A stretch of DNA of 64,000 nucleotides from an uncultured Desulfatitalea sp. (GCA_963668675.2 CAXXMB010000001.1:832001-896000); one strand, 5' to 3'; shown: positions 37,350 through 48,160, numbered from the stretch's first letter. Numbers and translations are program-made. Notes: generated by a model from the letters alone, not told the origin.

Positions 37350-38879
37350 ATGATACTGATCATCGATTTTGGTTCACAATTCAACCAGCTGATCGCTCGA
37401 AGGGTTCGTGAGTGCGGCGTATACTGCGTCATCGAACCGCCGACCCTCTCGATTGAACGCATCAAGGAGATGGCCCCTGAGGGGATTATCCTCTCCGGCG
37501 GGCCGGCCAGCATCTATGAAAAGAATAGCCCCAGAGCAGATAAACGCATCTTCGACCTCGGCCTTCCGGTGCTGGGCATATGCTACGGTATGCACTTCAT
37601 GGTCGATACGCTAGGTGGAAACGTCAAGCAGGCCCTCAAACGTGAGTATGGATTCGCTGAACTTAATCTCAAGCGCTCCGACACCCTGCTCTCTTCCATC
37701 CCCGACCAGAGCCAGGTGTGGATGAGCCACGGCGACTCGATCTCCAAACTACCGAATGGTTTCACCATCACGGCCGTGACCGACAATACGCCGGTTGCCG
37801 CCATGGCGGATAAAAAGCGTAACTATTTCGGTCTTCAGTTCCATCCTGAAGTGGCCCACACCAAAAAAGGCAAGCAGATGCTTCGCAACTTTCTGTTCGA
37901 CGTGTGCGGCTGCAAGCGCAACTGGAGCATGAAGACCTTTGCTCGCGACGCCATTACCGAAATCGCCGAACAGGTGGGCGACCGCAAGGTGATCCTCGGA
38001 TTGAGCGGCGGTGTGGACTCCACCGTAACGGCCGTGCTCATCCACAAAGCCATCGGCAAAAACCTCACCTGCATCTTCGTCGACAACGGCCTGCTGCGCA
38101 AAAACGAGGCACGCAAACTCAAGGTGACCTTCAAGGAGCACCTCAAGCTCAATATCCGCTATGTCAATGCGGGTAAGAAGTTTCTCACCGGCCTGGCCAA
38201 GGTTGAGGATCCCGAAAAGAAGCGAAAAATCATCGGCAAGATCTTCATGGAGGTGTTCGAAGCCGAGGCGCGTAAAATTAAGGGCGCCGACTTCCTGGCC
38301 CAGGGCACTCTCTATCCGGATATCATCGAATCACGCTCAGCCTTCGGCGGCCCCTCGTCGGTGATCAAATCCCATCACAATGTCGGCGGTCTACCCAAGC
38401 GGATGAAGCTCAAACTGGTAGAACCCCTTCAACACCTGTTCAAAGACGAAGTGAGAAAGCTCGGCACCCAGTTGGGCCTCGAGTCCGAACTGGTCTGGCG
38501 CCAACCCTTCCCCGGCCCAGGGCTGGCCATCCGCATCATTGGCGACGTTTCACCTAAACGGCTGAGCATCTTAAGGGAGGTAGACGCCGTTCTTCTCGAA
38601 GAGATCAGGGCCGCCGGGTACTACCGAAAGCTGTGGCAATCGTTTGCCGTCCTGCTGCCCCTCAAAAGTGTCGGCATCATGGGTGATGGGCGTACCTATG
38701 AGAACATCGTCTCCATCCGGGCCGTCACCAGCAAGGATGCCATGACCGCCGATTGGGCCAAACTGCCCCATGCGCTTTTGGGACGTATCTCCAATCGCAT
38801 TATCAACGAAGTGCGCGGTGTCAACCGCGTGGTTTACGATATCAGCTCAAAACCCCCCAGCACCATCGAGTGGGAGTAG
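37350..38879 (+). CDS. guaA: GMP synthase (glutamine-hydrolysing)
   Basis: DFGSQ, GICYG, QFHPE, SGGVDS, IKSHHNVGG and KPPSTIEWE; start at MILII. Confidence 0.97.
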   Translation: MILIIDFGSQFNQLIARRVRECGVYCVIEPPTLSIERIKEMAPEGIILSGGPASIYEKNSPRADKRIFDLGLPVLGICYGMHFMVDTLGGNVKQALKREYGFAELNLKRSDTLLSSIPDQSQVWMSHGDSISKLPNGFTITAVTDNTPVAAMADKKRNYFGLQFHPEVAHTKKGKQMLRNFLFDVCGCKRNWSMKTFARDAITEIAEQVGDRKVILGLSGGVDSTVTAVLIHKAIGKNLTCIFVDNGLLRKNEARKLKVTFKEHLKLNIRYVNAGKKFLTGLAKVEDPEKKRKIIGKIFMEVFEAEARKIKGADFLAQGTLYPDIIESRSAFGGPSSVIKSHHNVGGLPKRMKLKLVEPLQHLFKDEVRKLGTQLGLESELVWRQPFPGPGLAIRIIGDVSPKRLSILREVDAVLLEEIRAAGYYRKLWQSFAVLLPLKSVGIMGDGRTYENIVSIRAVTSKDAMTADWAKLPHALLGRISNRIINEVRGVNRVVYDISSKPPSTIEWE

Positions 38880-38897
38880 ACACCAGGACAGTCACCG

Positions 38898-39773
38898 ATG
38901 AATGACCACCTTGAAGAAGAGAACGGCCAGTTCAAATTGCAATCGGATCGTCTGAGAGAAGAGATCGAAAAACCTGAGATTCCATCCGAAATCAACGAAT
39001 TGCGCCTGGAAAAAGTAAGCCAGAGGGTTACCCTTATCTCTATCATGATTCCGGTGCTGATTGTCATCGTACTGGTGATCGCCTATCTGGATATCAAGAA
39101 GCGGGTGGTGCGGACAGAGGACACCGGCACCATTGAATTCCAAAAGCTGTCGACAGACCTTGAATCCCGTTTCTCCTCCCTCTCCGTAAGGCAGGCAAGA
39201 CTCGAAGGCGACATGGCCAGACTCATCGAGCAGACCAACAACGTCACTGCCACCATTCAGGTCCGGCTGAAAGAGCTTCAAGAGACATTGAAGCAGGTAC
39301 AAAACGCGCAGCAAAAAGCTCTAAAAAGAAACGAGCTCAATACGGTGAAAAAGGAGTTCGTCGAAAAAATCAACTCGCTGGTTGAATCATCCAATCAAGC
39401 CGGCGAGCAGGTGGCCGCCATCACCGATGAACTGAAGAAGCAGATGGATGAATTGACCACGTCTCTGGAAGAAACCGATCAGACCGTAACGGAGATGGAT
39501 CGGCACGTCGCAGAGATCGATAGAAACAAAATCGACAAGCCCGCCATGGACCTGGCCCTTCGACTAGAAACCATGCGGGTGTCCAGCGATCTGAAAGCAA
39601 GAATCGACGCCATGGAAGAGATGCTCATCTCCCTCGAAAAGCAGATAAAGAGGACAACAACTGCACCTCCGGCAACCGCACCTAAAAAGAGCTCTTCGAC
39701 ATCATCTACGAAGAGCCCACCTCCCAGCAGTCCCTCTACAACCAAAATTGAGGAGCAGACCATTTCTAAGTAG
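38898..39773 (+). CDS. Single-pass membrane coiled-coil protein with a P/S/T-rich tail
   Basis: One hydrophobic helix, long heptad-like region and low-complexity C-terminus; AGGA RBS. Confidence 0.75.
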   Translation: MNDHLEEENGQFKLQSDRLREEIEKPEIPSEINELRLEKVSQRVTLISIMIPVLIVIVLVIAYLDIKKRVVRTEDTGTIEFQKLSTDLESRFSSLSVRQARLEGDMARLIEQTNNVTATIQVRLKELQETLKQVQNAQQKALKRNELNTVKKEFVEKINSLVESSNQAGEQVAAITDELKKQMDELTTSLEETDQTVTEMDRHVAEIDRNKIDKPAMDLALRLETMRVSSDLKARIDAMEEMLISLEKQIKRTTTAPPATAPKKSSSTSSTKSPPPSSPSTTKIEEQTISK

Positions 39774-39906
39774 ACCGAGCAGTTTGTGAAAATGCGTACC
39801 CGGAACTGCAGCTTAGCGACACTTTATAATTGACGGTTTAATAATGCATTTGCGCGAGGTGCAGACCGCCCGCCGGCCTCGCCGGATTATAACCCCGAAA
39901 GTTGAG

Positions 39907-41634
39907 TCAGCCCCCTGTGATCTCCACCGCCTTCTCCAGAAACTGGTCAAGATTCTCTCGGATGGTGCGTTTGCTGAACTTTCCGACACTGGTTTTGGGA
40001 ATCTCATCGACGATCGCCACCAGCTTGGGTAGCATCCATTTGGTAATTTTGCCCTTCTCCACCCCTTCGGCCACCAGAAAAGCGATCAAATCCTGTTCAT
40101 TACGATCCGCACCGGGCACCATCTTGATGACAGCCATCGCCTTCTCACCCCAAACCTCATCCGGAACACCGACCACCGCCGCTTCGAGCACAAAGTCGGC
40201 CAGAGAGACAAGATTTTCCAGCAGAACCGTCGGGACCATCTCAGACCCGCTGCGAATCACATCGGACATGCGATCGGCAATCGTCAGAAAGCCCTCCTCG
40301 TCAACCGTGGCCAGATCCCCCGTGTGAAACCAGCCGTCGATCCAGACCTCGGCTGTCTTCTCAGGGTTGTTGTAGTACTTCTCCATTACCCAGGGGCCCC
40401 GAACCACGATTTGACCGATGGTCTCGTTGTCGCGCGGCACAGGATTCCCATCCCCGTCCACCACCCCCACCTCGAACCCCGGGACCGGCAGTCCTGTTTT
40501 GACGCGAACCCGGTCCAGATCCTCTTTAGGCCAATCGTGCATCTGCTTCTTGATGAAGGCCGTCACCGTGGCCGGTGCGGTTTCGGTCATGCCATATCCG
40601 GATGATGCGTTGATGCCCGGAATCCTCTTTTCGATCTTCTCCTTCAACCCCAGGGGCAAAGCGCCGCCCCCCACCCCCACGTGAACCAGACTGCTCAGAT
40701 CGAACCTGTCCAGATCCTCGTACGACATCAGCAACGCCAGGATGGTCGGCACCACCGCCACGTGGGTGACCTGCTCCTGCTGAACAAGTTCACAGAACCC
40801 ATCCACGGTAAAGGTGCCCGGCAGCACCAGTTTGTAAGCGCCAAAAACATACCCGAACGGCTGACTCCAGCCGTGAATGTGAAACAGAGGGGTCGTGATC
40901 ATCGGCACCACGTTTTCACCAAGCTGCTGGGCGGTGGGGTCATTGCTGAAATGGGCCAGGGCCGTCAGGTGCAGCGTCTGAAGATAGAGCGCCCTGTGCG
41001 AAAACATGGCCCCTTTGGGAAGCCCGGTGGTGGCGGTCGTATAGCAGAGGGTGGCAATCGTATCTTCATCGAGGTAGGGCCAGTCGTAGGCATCGGACTC
41101 GGATCCAAGAAGTGTTTCGTAGTGGTAGAGCGGTGATATTTTGGAAACCGGCAACTCCGGCTCATCAGACATGTAGACAAACGTCTTTATGTTCTCTTTG
41201 ATACGGTCATAAATCAGCTCGACCAGCGGCAACAGGCTGTCATCAAAAAATAGGACGCTGTCTTCGGCGTGATTCAAGGTATAGATGATGTGCTCATGGG
41301 AGAGTCGCACGTTGACGCAATGCAACACCGCCCCTGAGCATGGCACGGCGTAATAAAGCTCCATATGGCGATGGGTGTTGAGGGCCATTGTGGCGATGCG
41401 GTCGCCAGGCGCTCCGGGGCGCCCAGCTTCGATACCAATGCGCTGCAAAGCGTTGGCCAGGCGGCAGGTGCGCCGATACCACTCGTCCCATGTGAAGCGT
41501 TGGTAGTTACCGGTCAGATGATTTCGGTAAACAATACCGATCTGTTGTGGATAGATACTCACCGGTCGCTGCATGAAGGTTTTTAACAGCAGTGGGTAGT
41601 TGGTGCTGAATTCCGGATAGGTTTTCTCCGCCAT
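39907..41634 (-). CDS. AMP-forming fatty acid--CoA ligase
   Basis: YTTATTGLPKG, GYGMTET, WFHTGD, DR..DVIRSG and PKTSVGK. Confidence 0.92.
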   Translation of the reverse strand: MAEKTYPEFSTNYPLLLKTFMQRPVSIYPQQIGIVYRNHLTGNYQRFTWDEWYRRTCRLANALQRIGIEAGRPGAPGDRIATMALNTHRHMELYYAVPCSGAVLHCVNVRLSHEHIIYTLNHAEDSVLFFDDSLLPLVELIYDRIKENIKTFVYMSDEPELPVSKISPLYHYETLLGSESDAYDWPYLDEDTIATLCYTTATTGLPKGAMFSHRALYLQTLHLTALAHFSNDPTAQQLGENVVPMITTPLFHIHGWSQPFGYVFGAYKLVLPGTFTVDGFCELVQQEQVTHVAVVPTILALLMSYEDLDRFDLSSLVHVGVGGGALPLGLKEKIEKRIPGINASSGYGMTETAPATVTAFIKKQMHDWPKEDLDRVRVKTGLPVPGFEVGVVDGDGNPVPRDNETIGQIVVRGPWVMEKYYNNPEKTAEVWIDGWFHTGDLATVDEEGFLTIADRMSDVIRSGSEMVPTVLLENLVSLADFVLEAAVVGVPDEVWGEKAMAVIKMVPGADRNEQDLIAFLVAEGVEKGKITKWMLPKLVAIVDEIPKTSVGKFSKRTIRENLDQFLEKAVEITGG

Positions 41635-41699
41635 CGCATCTGCTCCTTTTCATCGTATACCAGAAGTGTGGGTGGTGTGAGGCTGCGCCATTGTTTGTT

Positions 41700-44123
41700 T
41701 TAATTAATTCTCGGGTTCAAATTGAAAACGTGTTGCGTGTGGGCTTCAATCTGTTTGTCGCTGAACCACCAGTAGAGCGGTTCGCCCTCCATGAAAGGTG
41801 CGATCTGATCGGTCATGTGCGGGTGAAACTGTCGGCCGGTAACGCCTCCCGGCAAAACCGCGAGCATCTTGTCCGGGTCGCCCAGATCGACCACCATGCG
41901 AAGGGAGGCCATGATCGAAACATCCGACAGGTCACCGTAGGACGATTTTGCCCTGCAAAGGGTATCTCCCGAACCGGATGCGGGGTAAGGTCCAGCACCG
42001 AGCAAACCTTTGGCGGCGCCTTTGCGGGCGATGGGGCTAACGAAATGATAGCGGTGGTAACGTCCCCAAAGCCACGATTCAGGATCATCTCCCAGGGATG
42101 CTTTCAGTCGATCGGCAACACGCCGTGCCGCTTGATGAAGTATCTCGTCGAGGGTCTCGGTTTTATCCGTCGTTTGGATATCGTCAAACCACTCGGAGTG
42201 GCCGGCTTCAACCATCTGTTTCATCCGCTCTTCCCAGAAATAGACATTGGCCAACACCGCATTGGCCAAGTCGGCCCCCAGTTCATCCTCATAGACGGCC
42301 CTCGCCAATTCGTCAAAAAGGGAGTGGAAAATGGTGGGTTCCGGCCTGTCGGCTGCATCCGTATGATCCCAGGCGGCGAGCAGCTTTCCCATGTTTTCGG
42401 TGTCCGGGTGTTTGGTCAGAATCCTGGCCATGATGGGAGCGATCTGTCGGGCCTTCATATTGATGGCGTCGCGCTGATACTGCCAATGGTTTTCGGGTGT
42501 GGTGGCTTTTGGCGAATCCATGATCTCCATTAAACGCTGCTGCCGGTATGGCGTGGAGAAGTAGTTTGAGTAGTAATAGGGATAGTTGTCATCGGTTGTT
42601 TTGTGGTTTGTGGTACCGACCCATCCCCCTTCTGGATTTTCAACATGGGGCATCTCCTCGAAGGGGATCCAGCCTTGCCAATTGTCGACACCGTCCTTGA
42701 CCACATGCGGCAGTTGACCGTTACCGGGCGAGCGAAGCGGCATACGTCCGGTCACATGCCAGCCGATATTGCCATCCATGTCGGCAAAAACGAAATTGAG
42801 CGATATCTGATTCACATCCCGCAGCGCATCGCGAAAATCGGCCGCATTACGGCAGGAGAAGAACCGGTCAAAGCCGATGGTGGGCCCCATACTTTCGAAA
42901 GCGCTCCATCGGCATGTCATCACCTTGTCACTGTCGATCAGCGGGAAGATATCACTGACCACCGGCCCGCGCCGGCTCTTCCGAATGCGGATTGTTTCGT
43001 AGGTGTAGCCATCGGGTGCTCTCTTATCCCTGAACTTCAGGCGCTCTTCGATGATTTGGAAAGCGACGGATTGATCCCCCTCCAGATAGTGGTCCGGATG
43101 CGCGTTGTCGATCGATTCGATATAGAGGTCCTGTGCGTCGCCATAAGCGTTGGTGACTCCGAAGGCGACGTATCGCGTCCTGCCGATGGCCACGCCCGGG
43201 GTGCCTGGAATGGACACCCCCACAGCGCGATTGTCCGGAAGAATCAGGGCGCATGGATACCAGGGACCTGGAAGCATGCGGCCGTCAAGATGGGGGTCGT
43301 TGGCCAGGATAGGCTTGCCGCTCTGGGAGCGTGAAGCATCGACCACCCAGTTATTGCTGCCCACCTCAAAACGGCCCACAGTCAGGTTGGCGATAAGTTT
43401 GGCGGCAAGTTCGGGGCGGAGTGTCGCTTTGGAAGCCACTACGGATGGGGAACGCTTCTCGCCGCTGGCCGGATTGAGATTAATTGGAAAAAGATCGCTC
43501 GCCTTCTCAGGTCCGAGCTTTTCCACCAGCATTTGGGAGATCAATTCATGGCGAATATTGGCAGCGCTGTTCCATCCCATGAAGTAGAAAATCGTCAGCG
43601 CATCTTCGGGCTGCCACAGTTCCGGCTTGATGCCCGCCAGTTTAAATTCAAGATGGATCTGTTCGGGGCACTCCTGAATAAACGCGTTGATACCAGCCAC
43701 GTATTTTTGCAGAAAGCGCCTGGAGGTATCGCTCAACAGCTGGTAGTGCACCTTGGCCTGTCGGTAGAAGCCAAGGGTGCGCATGCTCAAATCGATCGAT
43801 TTCGCACCTTGACCGGCGAGTTCTCCAATCCGACCACGGGCGTACAGCTTCGTCAGCTCCATCTGGAAGAGACGATCCATGGCCGTGACATACCCCTGGG
43901 CAAGGACAAGATCGAAGATGTTGCCGGCATAGATGTAAGCCATCCCCTTATCGTCGCGGCAGATGCGCACCGATTGCATGAGGCCGTCAATCTGTAACGA
44001 TCCATCTGCCTTATAGCTGTTCAACGGTGACGGGCCGAAGGGATTGACAACCGCAAGGACAGCCAAGGACAAGGCAACGATTAAAATCAGAACGATCCAT
44101 AGCATTCGCCTGAACAGAACCAT
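41700..44123 (-). CDS. Penicillin acylase/AHL-acylase family Ntn hydrolase, N-terminally anchored
   Basis: AQGY..A.DRLFQME, GSNNWVV (Ser nucleophile), ANDPHL and FADMDGNIG. Confidence 0.92.
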   Translation of the reverse strand: MVLFRRMLWIVLILIVALSLAVLAVVNPFGPSPLNSYKADGSLQIDGLMQSVRICRDDKGMAYIYAGNIFDLVLAQGYVTAMDRLFQMELTKLYARGRIGELAGQGAKSIDLSMRTLGFYRQAKVHYQLLSDTSRRFLQKYVAGINAFIQECPEQIHLEFKLAGIKPELWQPEDALTIFYFMGWNSAANIRHELISQMLVEKLGPEKASDLFPINLNPASGEKRSPSVVASKATLRPELAAKLIANLTVGRFEVGSNNWVVDASRSQSGKPILANDPHLDGRMLPGPWYPCALILPDNRAVGVSIPGTPGVAIGRTRYVAFGVTNAYGDAQDLYIESIDNAHPDHYLEGDQSVAFQIIEERLKFRDKRAPDGYTYETIRIRKSRRGPVVSDIFPLIDSDKVMTCRWSAFESMGPTIGFDRFFSCRNAADFRDALRDVNQISLNFVFADMDGNIGWHVTGRMPLRSPGNGQLPHVVKDGVDNWQGWIPFEEMPHVENPEGGWVGTTNHKTTDDNYPYYYSNYFSTPYRQQRLMEIMDSPKATTPENHWQYQRDAINMKARQIAPIMARILTKHPDTENMGKLLAAWDHTDAADRPEPTIFHSLFDELARAVYEDELGADLANAVLANVYFWEERMKQMVEAGHSEWFDDIQTTDKTETLDEILHQAARRVADRLKASLGDDPESWLWGRYHRYHFVSPIARKGAAKGLLGAGPYPASGSGDTLCRAKSSYGDLSDVSIMASLRMVVDLGDPDKMLAVLPGGVTGRQFHPHMTDQIAPFMEGEPLYWWFSDKQIEAHTQHVFNLNPRIN

Positions 44124-44303
44124 ATATACCTCCCCTTAAAGAGGTGAAACGATGTGGCCGATGACATTATCGATGAGACCGAGGTGACTGTCAAAGGCAT
44201 CGTCGCCTATAAGTAAAAAAAATGCATTGTACGAGCGGCATTTGCAGAGGGGAAACATGGCGACCAGGGGATGGGGACTTGCGCAACAACGGAGTGACAT
44301 TAC

Positions 44304-45041
44304 TTATGCGGACGTCACCATCTTTTCGATACGCGCAATATCGTCGGGCAGATCGACCTCCGGGGAATCGAAGGGCGTGATCACCACCTTGATGCGGTGG
44401 CCGGACTCGAGCACCCTGAGCTGTTCGAGTTTCTCGATCTGCTCGAGGCGCCCCCTGGGAAGGCGGTTAAAGGTGTCCAGAAATCGTCGGGTATAGGCGT
44501 AGACACCCAAATGTTTGTAGATGGGGAAATCGTTGCCGCCATCACGGGCGAGCGGGATGGGTGCCCGTGAAAAGTAGAGCGCATAGGAATCGCGGTCCAT
44601 CACCACTTTGCAGTCCTTTGGGTTGGTGTACTCCTGTGGGTCCTCGATTTGGAATGCCAACGTACTCATACCCAGCTGGGGATCTTCCAGCAAAGGTTCA
44701 ACGACAGCGTCGAAACAGCCGGGCTGTACCAGTGGCTGGTCGCCCTGTACGTTGATGGCAATGTCGTCCGGTTCCAGACCCATTCTGTCAGCTGCCTCGG
44801 CAACCCGATCGCTTCCAGAGCGATGGGACGATGAGGTCATCATCGCACTGCCTCCAAACCGAGTCACCGCATCGAAAATACGCTGGTCATCGGTGGCCAC
44901 CACCACCTCGGAGATGCGCTCGGCACGGGAAGCGCTTTCGTACACATGCTGGACCATCGGTTTGCCGCTGATCATGGCCAACGGCTTGCCTTCGAATCGC
45001 GACGAACCATACCTTGATGGAATAATGACGACAATGCGCAT
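44304..45041 (-). CDS. kdsB: CMP-KDO synthetase
   Basis: IPSRYGSSRFEGKPL, GSDR, NVQGDQP, YFSR and EKLEQLR. Confidence 0.95.
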   Translation of the reverse strand: MRIVVIIPSRYGSSRFEGKPLAMISGKPMVQHVYESASRAERISEVVVATDDQRIFDAVTRFGGSAMMTSSSHRSGSDRVAEAADRMGLEPDDIAINVQGDQPLVQPGCFDAVVEPLLEDPQLGMSTLAFQIEDPQEYTNPKDCKVVMDRDSYALYFSRAPIPLARDGGNDFPIYKHLGVYAYTRRFLDTFNRLPRGRLEQIEKLEQLRVLESGHRIKVVITPFDSPEVDLPDDIARIEKMVTSA

Positions 45042-45130
45042 CTGCTCAACCCTGTATGAAGGTTTCAATTTCGTTTGACATCGGCCTCCCTTTCATCAGA
45101 ATATTCTGCCGTTTCAGAAAGGAGCCGTAT

Positions 45131-45880
45131 ATGAATCATCATATGCTCACAGAACTACTCGAAGCAGTCGCCAAGGGCCACATAAGCGTGCCTCAAGCCC
45201 AGGCACGCCTTGTTGATCTACCCATGGAAGATATTGATTATGCTCATATAGATCATCATCGCAGCCTGCGCAAGGGCTTTCCCGAAGTCATTTTCGGAGA
45301 GGGCAAGTCCGCCGAGCAGATTGTCGGCATCATGACCCGCATGCAAGTTCAAGAGCAGGTTATTCTCGCCACAAGGACCGATCCGCAAAAAGCCGCTCAT
45401 GTTATAAAGCAGATGCCCGATGCGACCTATGACGCGACGGCACGCATGGTGATCTGGCAGAAGGCCCCCCTGCCCAAGAGCGGCCTGGGCCGGATCGTCG
45501 TCATCTCGGCTGGCACATCGGATATCCCGGTAGCTCGCGAAGCGCTCCTGACTGCCGATGCCATGGGAAACGAGGTCGAGGCGGTATTTGATGTCGGCGT
45601 TGCCGGCATTCACCGATTGATGGCCCATCGTAACGTGTTGGAAGAGGCACGCGTGCTGATTGTGGTCGCAGGTATGGAGGGCGCCCTGCCCAGTGTGGTT
45701 GCCGGCATGGTTCGCCGGCCGGTCATCGCTGTCCCAACGAGCATCGGCTACGGCGTCAATCTTGGCGGACTGACCGCCCTTTTCGGAATGCTCAGCAGCT
45801 GCAGCTCCAATATTGCCGTGGTCAATATCGACAACGGTTTCGGCGCAGGGTATATGGCCGCCTGCATCAATCAGCCCTGA
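45131..45880 (+). CDS. larB: Nickel-pincer cofactor biosynthesis carboxylase LarB (PurE-like)
   Basis: R..RKGFPEVIFGEGK, AGTSD, DVGVAGIHRL, AGMEGALPSVV and VNIDNGFGA. Confidence 0.92.
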   Translation: MNHHMLTELLEAVAKGHISVPQAQARLVDLPMEDIDYAHIDHHRSLRKGFPEVIFGEGKSAEQIVGIMTRMQVQEQVILATRTDPQKAAHVIKQMPDATYDATARMVIWQKAPLPKSGLGRIVVISAGTSDIPVAREALLTADAMGNEVEAVFDVGVAGIHRLMAHRNVLEEARVLIVVAGMEGALPSVVAGMVRRPVIAVPTSIGYGVNLGGLTALFGMLSSCSSNIAVVNIDNGFGAGYMAACINQP

Positions 45881-45911
45881 AATTGCTGTCCAGTAAATAG
45901 GGGCGCTTCGA

Positions 45912-46832
45912 TCAGCTTTCGAGCATCAGCTGGCAAGCGGTTCCGATCTCCTCGCTTATGGCAGGCAACCATTCGTCGAGCGTCTGCACCGTTTCACCAA
46001 ACAACGCCTTCGCTGGCTGACAGAGCGACCACTGTTCCACAGGGCTTCTACCTTCAACGTGAATATTTACTATAATATCGGCCGTATGTACTACAAGTGC
46101 CAGATGGTTGACATCGGGCATCATGTCGGGATGATGGTGCTGGGCGATGGCCGCGGAAAGGTCATTGGGCAGGTTCCAGCGGCGAGCCAGAAAAGCGCCG
46201 ATGGCGTCATGTCCAATTGGAAAGAGACGCTTCTCTGCGGTCCTGAAAGAGATCCGCTCTTCATTCAAGCAGCTGGTCAACTCCATGAACCGACCCGTGA
46301 AAAATTGGGCCATTACAATTTTGCCGATGTCGTGGACAATTCCGGCCGTAAAGGCGTTTTCATGACGGTGTCCCTCAAGTGTTCTGCTCAAATATCTGCT
46401 GACGACGCCGACGCTGACCGCGTGTCTCCAGAACGCCTTCATATTCAGACCGCTCTGCTTGCCGGGGCCGGCCATGGCATCGATGACAGCCATGGAGAGA
46501 ACGGCATTCAACACCGTGTTGTACCCGAGGATCATCACTGCATGAGCTGTGTTAGAGACCTTGGCACTGAAACCGAAAAACGAAGAGTTGGTCAGTTTCA
46601 GTAGTTTCGTTACAATTGCAGGATCTTTTTCGATCACCGCGGCCAGTTCGTCAGCCGTCGTATCCATGTCCTGCAACATGGCATTGATGCGCACGGCCAC
46701 GGCCGATAGTGTGGGGAGCTCCTCCACCGTTTCCAGATACCGCATGATATCCCCAGGGGTGACATCTGCATCCGAAAAGCGGGGAACTGACGTGGCCCTC
46801 TTATCCGATACCGATCTGCTTTTCATTGCCAT
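45912..46832 (-). CDS. HDOD domain protein
   Basis: LPTL, DP....KLLKLTNS.FFG, FWRHA, HDIGK and H..IGA.LA..WNLP. Confidence 0.9.
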   Translation of the reverse strand: MAMKSRSVSDKRATSVPRFSDADVTPGDIMRYLETVEELPTLSAVAVRINAMLQDMDTTADELAAVIEKDPAIVTKLLKLTNSSFFGFSAKVSNTAHAVMILGYNTVLNAVLSMAVIDAMAGPGKQSGLNMKAFWRHAVSVGVVSRYLSRTLEGHRHENAFTAGIVHDIGKIVMAQFFTGRFMELTSCLNEERISFRTAEKRLFPIGHDAIGAFLARRWNLPNDLSAAIAQHHHPDMMPDVNHLALVVHTADIIVNIHVEGRSPVEQWSLCQPAKALFGETVQTLDEWLPAISEEIGTACQLMLES

Positions 46833-46834
46833 CT

Positions 46835-48160
46835 CTATCCTTCCGTACGGGCGCCACATAGGTTTTGCGATGAATCCAAGGCAGTATCTTCGGTATCTAC
46901 AGGCAGACAGATGGTAAATGTCGTTCCTTTGCCAAGCTCACTCTGTACGTCAATGGTCCCGTTATGCTTTTTAATAATGGTGTAAGCGATATTCATTCCA
47001 AGCCCGGTGCCTTTGCCCACCTCTTTGGTTGTGAAGAAAGGATCGAAAATCTTGGTGAGGTGCTCCGATGGGATGCCGCAACCGTCGTCACTGATCGAGA
47101 CTTCGACATGGTCTTCCACCGCCCGGGTTACGACATGAATGACGCCCCTCTTCTCTATGGCCTGGACGGCGTTGATCAGTATATTCATAAAGACCTGGTT
47201 GAGATGCTGCGGACAGCCACGCACGGTAGGGATTTCCCCAAATGTCTTTTCTACAATGGCTTTGTATTTGAGTTGGTTGTGAACGACATTGAGTGTCGAC
47301 TGCAAACATGAATTGAGGTCAATCGATTGAATGGTATCATCGCCAGGATGGGCAAACGCCTTGAGATCCAGCACTATTTTCTTGATGCGGTCCGACCCTT
47401 CACGGCAATCGCTGACCAGATCGACCATGTCTTCCATCAGAAAGCCGATATCGATCTTTTTCTCCAGCTTCGCTATTTCGCCAATGGCTTCACGCACTTC
47501 GCTTGCAACCCCTTCAGCCCCGGCGATCGTCGCAATGAGATCCCGATATTTTTCAAACAACGTCTTTATGTCAATTTGATAACCTTGAAGTGTTTTCAAG
47601 TTGCTGCTGATGAATCCGGTCGGGTTGTTGATTTCATGCGCAACACCGGCGGCCAACTGCCCGATGGAGGCCATTTTTTCCGAATGAAATATCTGCGCTT
47701 GGGTCTTTTCCAACTCTTCCAGGGCACTCCGCAAAAGCTCGCTCTTGTCTTCATCCGACAAATTGTGTTCAATGGCTTTGTGGCGCTCTTCCAAATCGAT
47801 GACCCGCAGCCCTGTCATGAGCCGAGCCTTCAGTTCTTCGGGATCAAACGGTTTGGTGATGTAGTCGTCGGCGCCACACGTGAATACTTCGATCAGATCT
47901 TTACGGTGATCCTTGTAGGTCACCACAATAATATAGATATAGTGATCGAAGCGCTCTCCACGAACATTTCGGCATAGCTCGATCCCATCCATCTCAGGCA
48001 TCATCCAGTCGGTGATCACCATCTGAATGGTCCTCCTTTTCAACAGGCGCCAGGCCTCTTTACCATTTCCCGCCTCGACCGCCTGATGCCCCAGCTGGGT
48101 GAGCACTTTTTTTAGCAAGCTGCGCGATATTAAGTCGTCTTCAACAATCAGAACTTCCAT
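46835..48160 (-). CDS. REC-HisKA-HATPase hybrid histidine kinase
   Basis: Receiver TDWMMP; AHEINNP, N-box, DDGCG, FDPFFTTK and GTGLG. Confidence 0.93.
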   Translation of the reverse strand: MEVLIVEDDLISRSLLKKVLTQLGHQAVEAGNGKEAWRLLKRRTIQMVITDWMMPEMDGIELCRNVRGERFDHYIYIIVVTYKDHRKDLIEVFTCGADDYITKPFDPEELKARLMTGLRVIDLEERHKAIEHNLSDEDKSELLRSALEELEKTQAQIFHSEKMASIGQLAAGVAHEINNPTGFISSNLKTLQGYQIDIKTLFEKYRDLIATIAGAEGVASEVREAIGEIAKLEKKIDIGFLMEDMVDLVSDCREGSDRIKKIVLDLKAFAHPGDDTIQSIDLNSCLQSTLNVVHNQLKYKAIVEKTFGEIPTVRGCPQHLNQVFMNILINAVQAIEKRGVIHVVTRAVEDHVEVSISDDGCGIPSEHLTKIFDPFFTTKEVGKGTGLGMNIAYTIIKKHNGTIDVQSELGKGTTFTICLPVDTEDTALDSSQNLCGARTEG

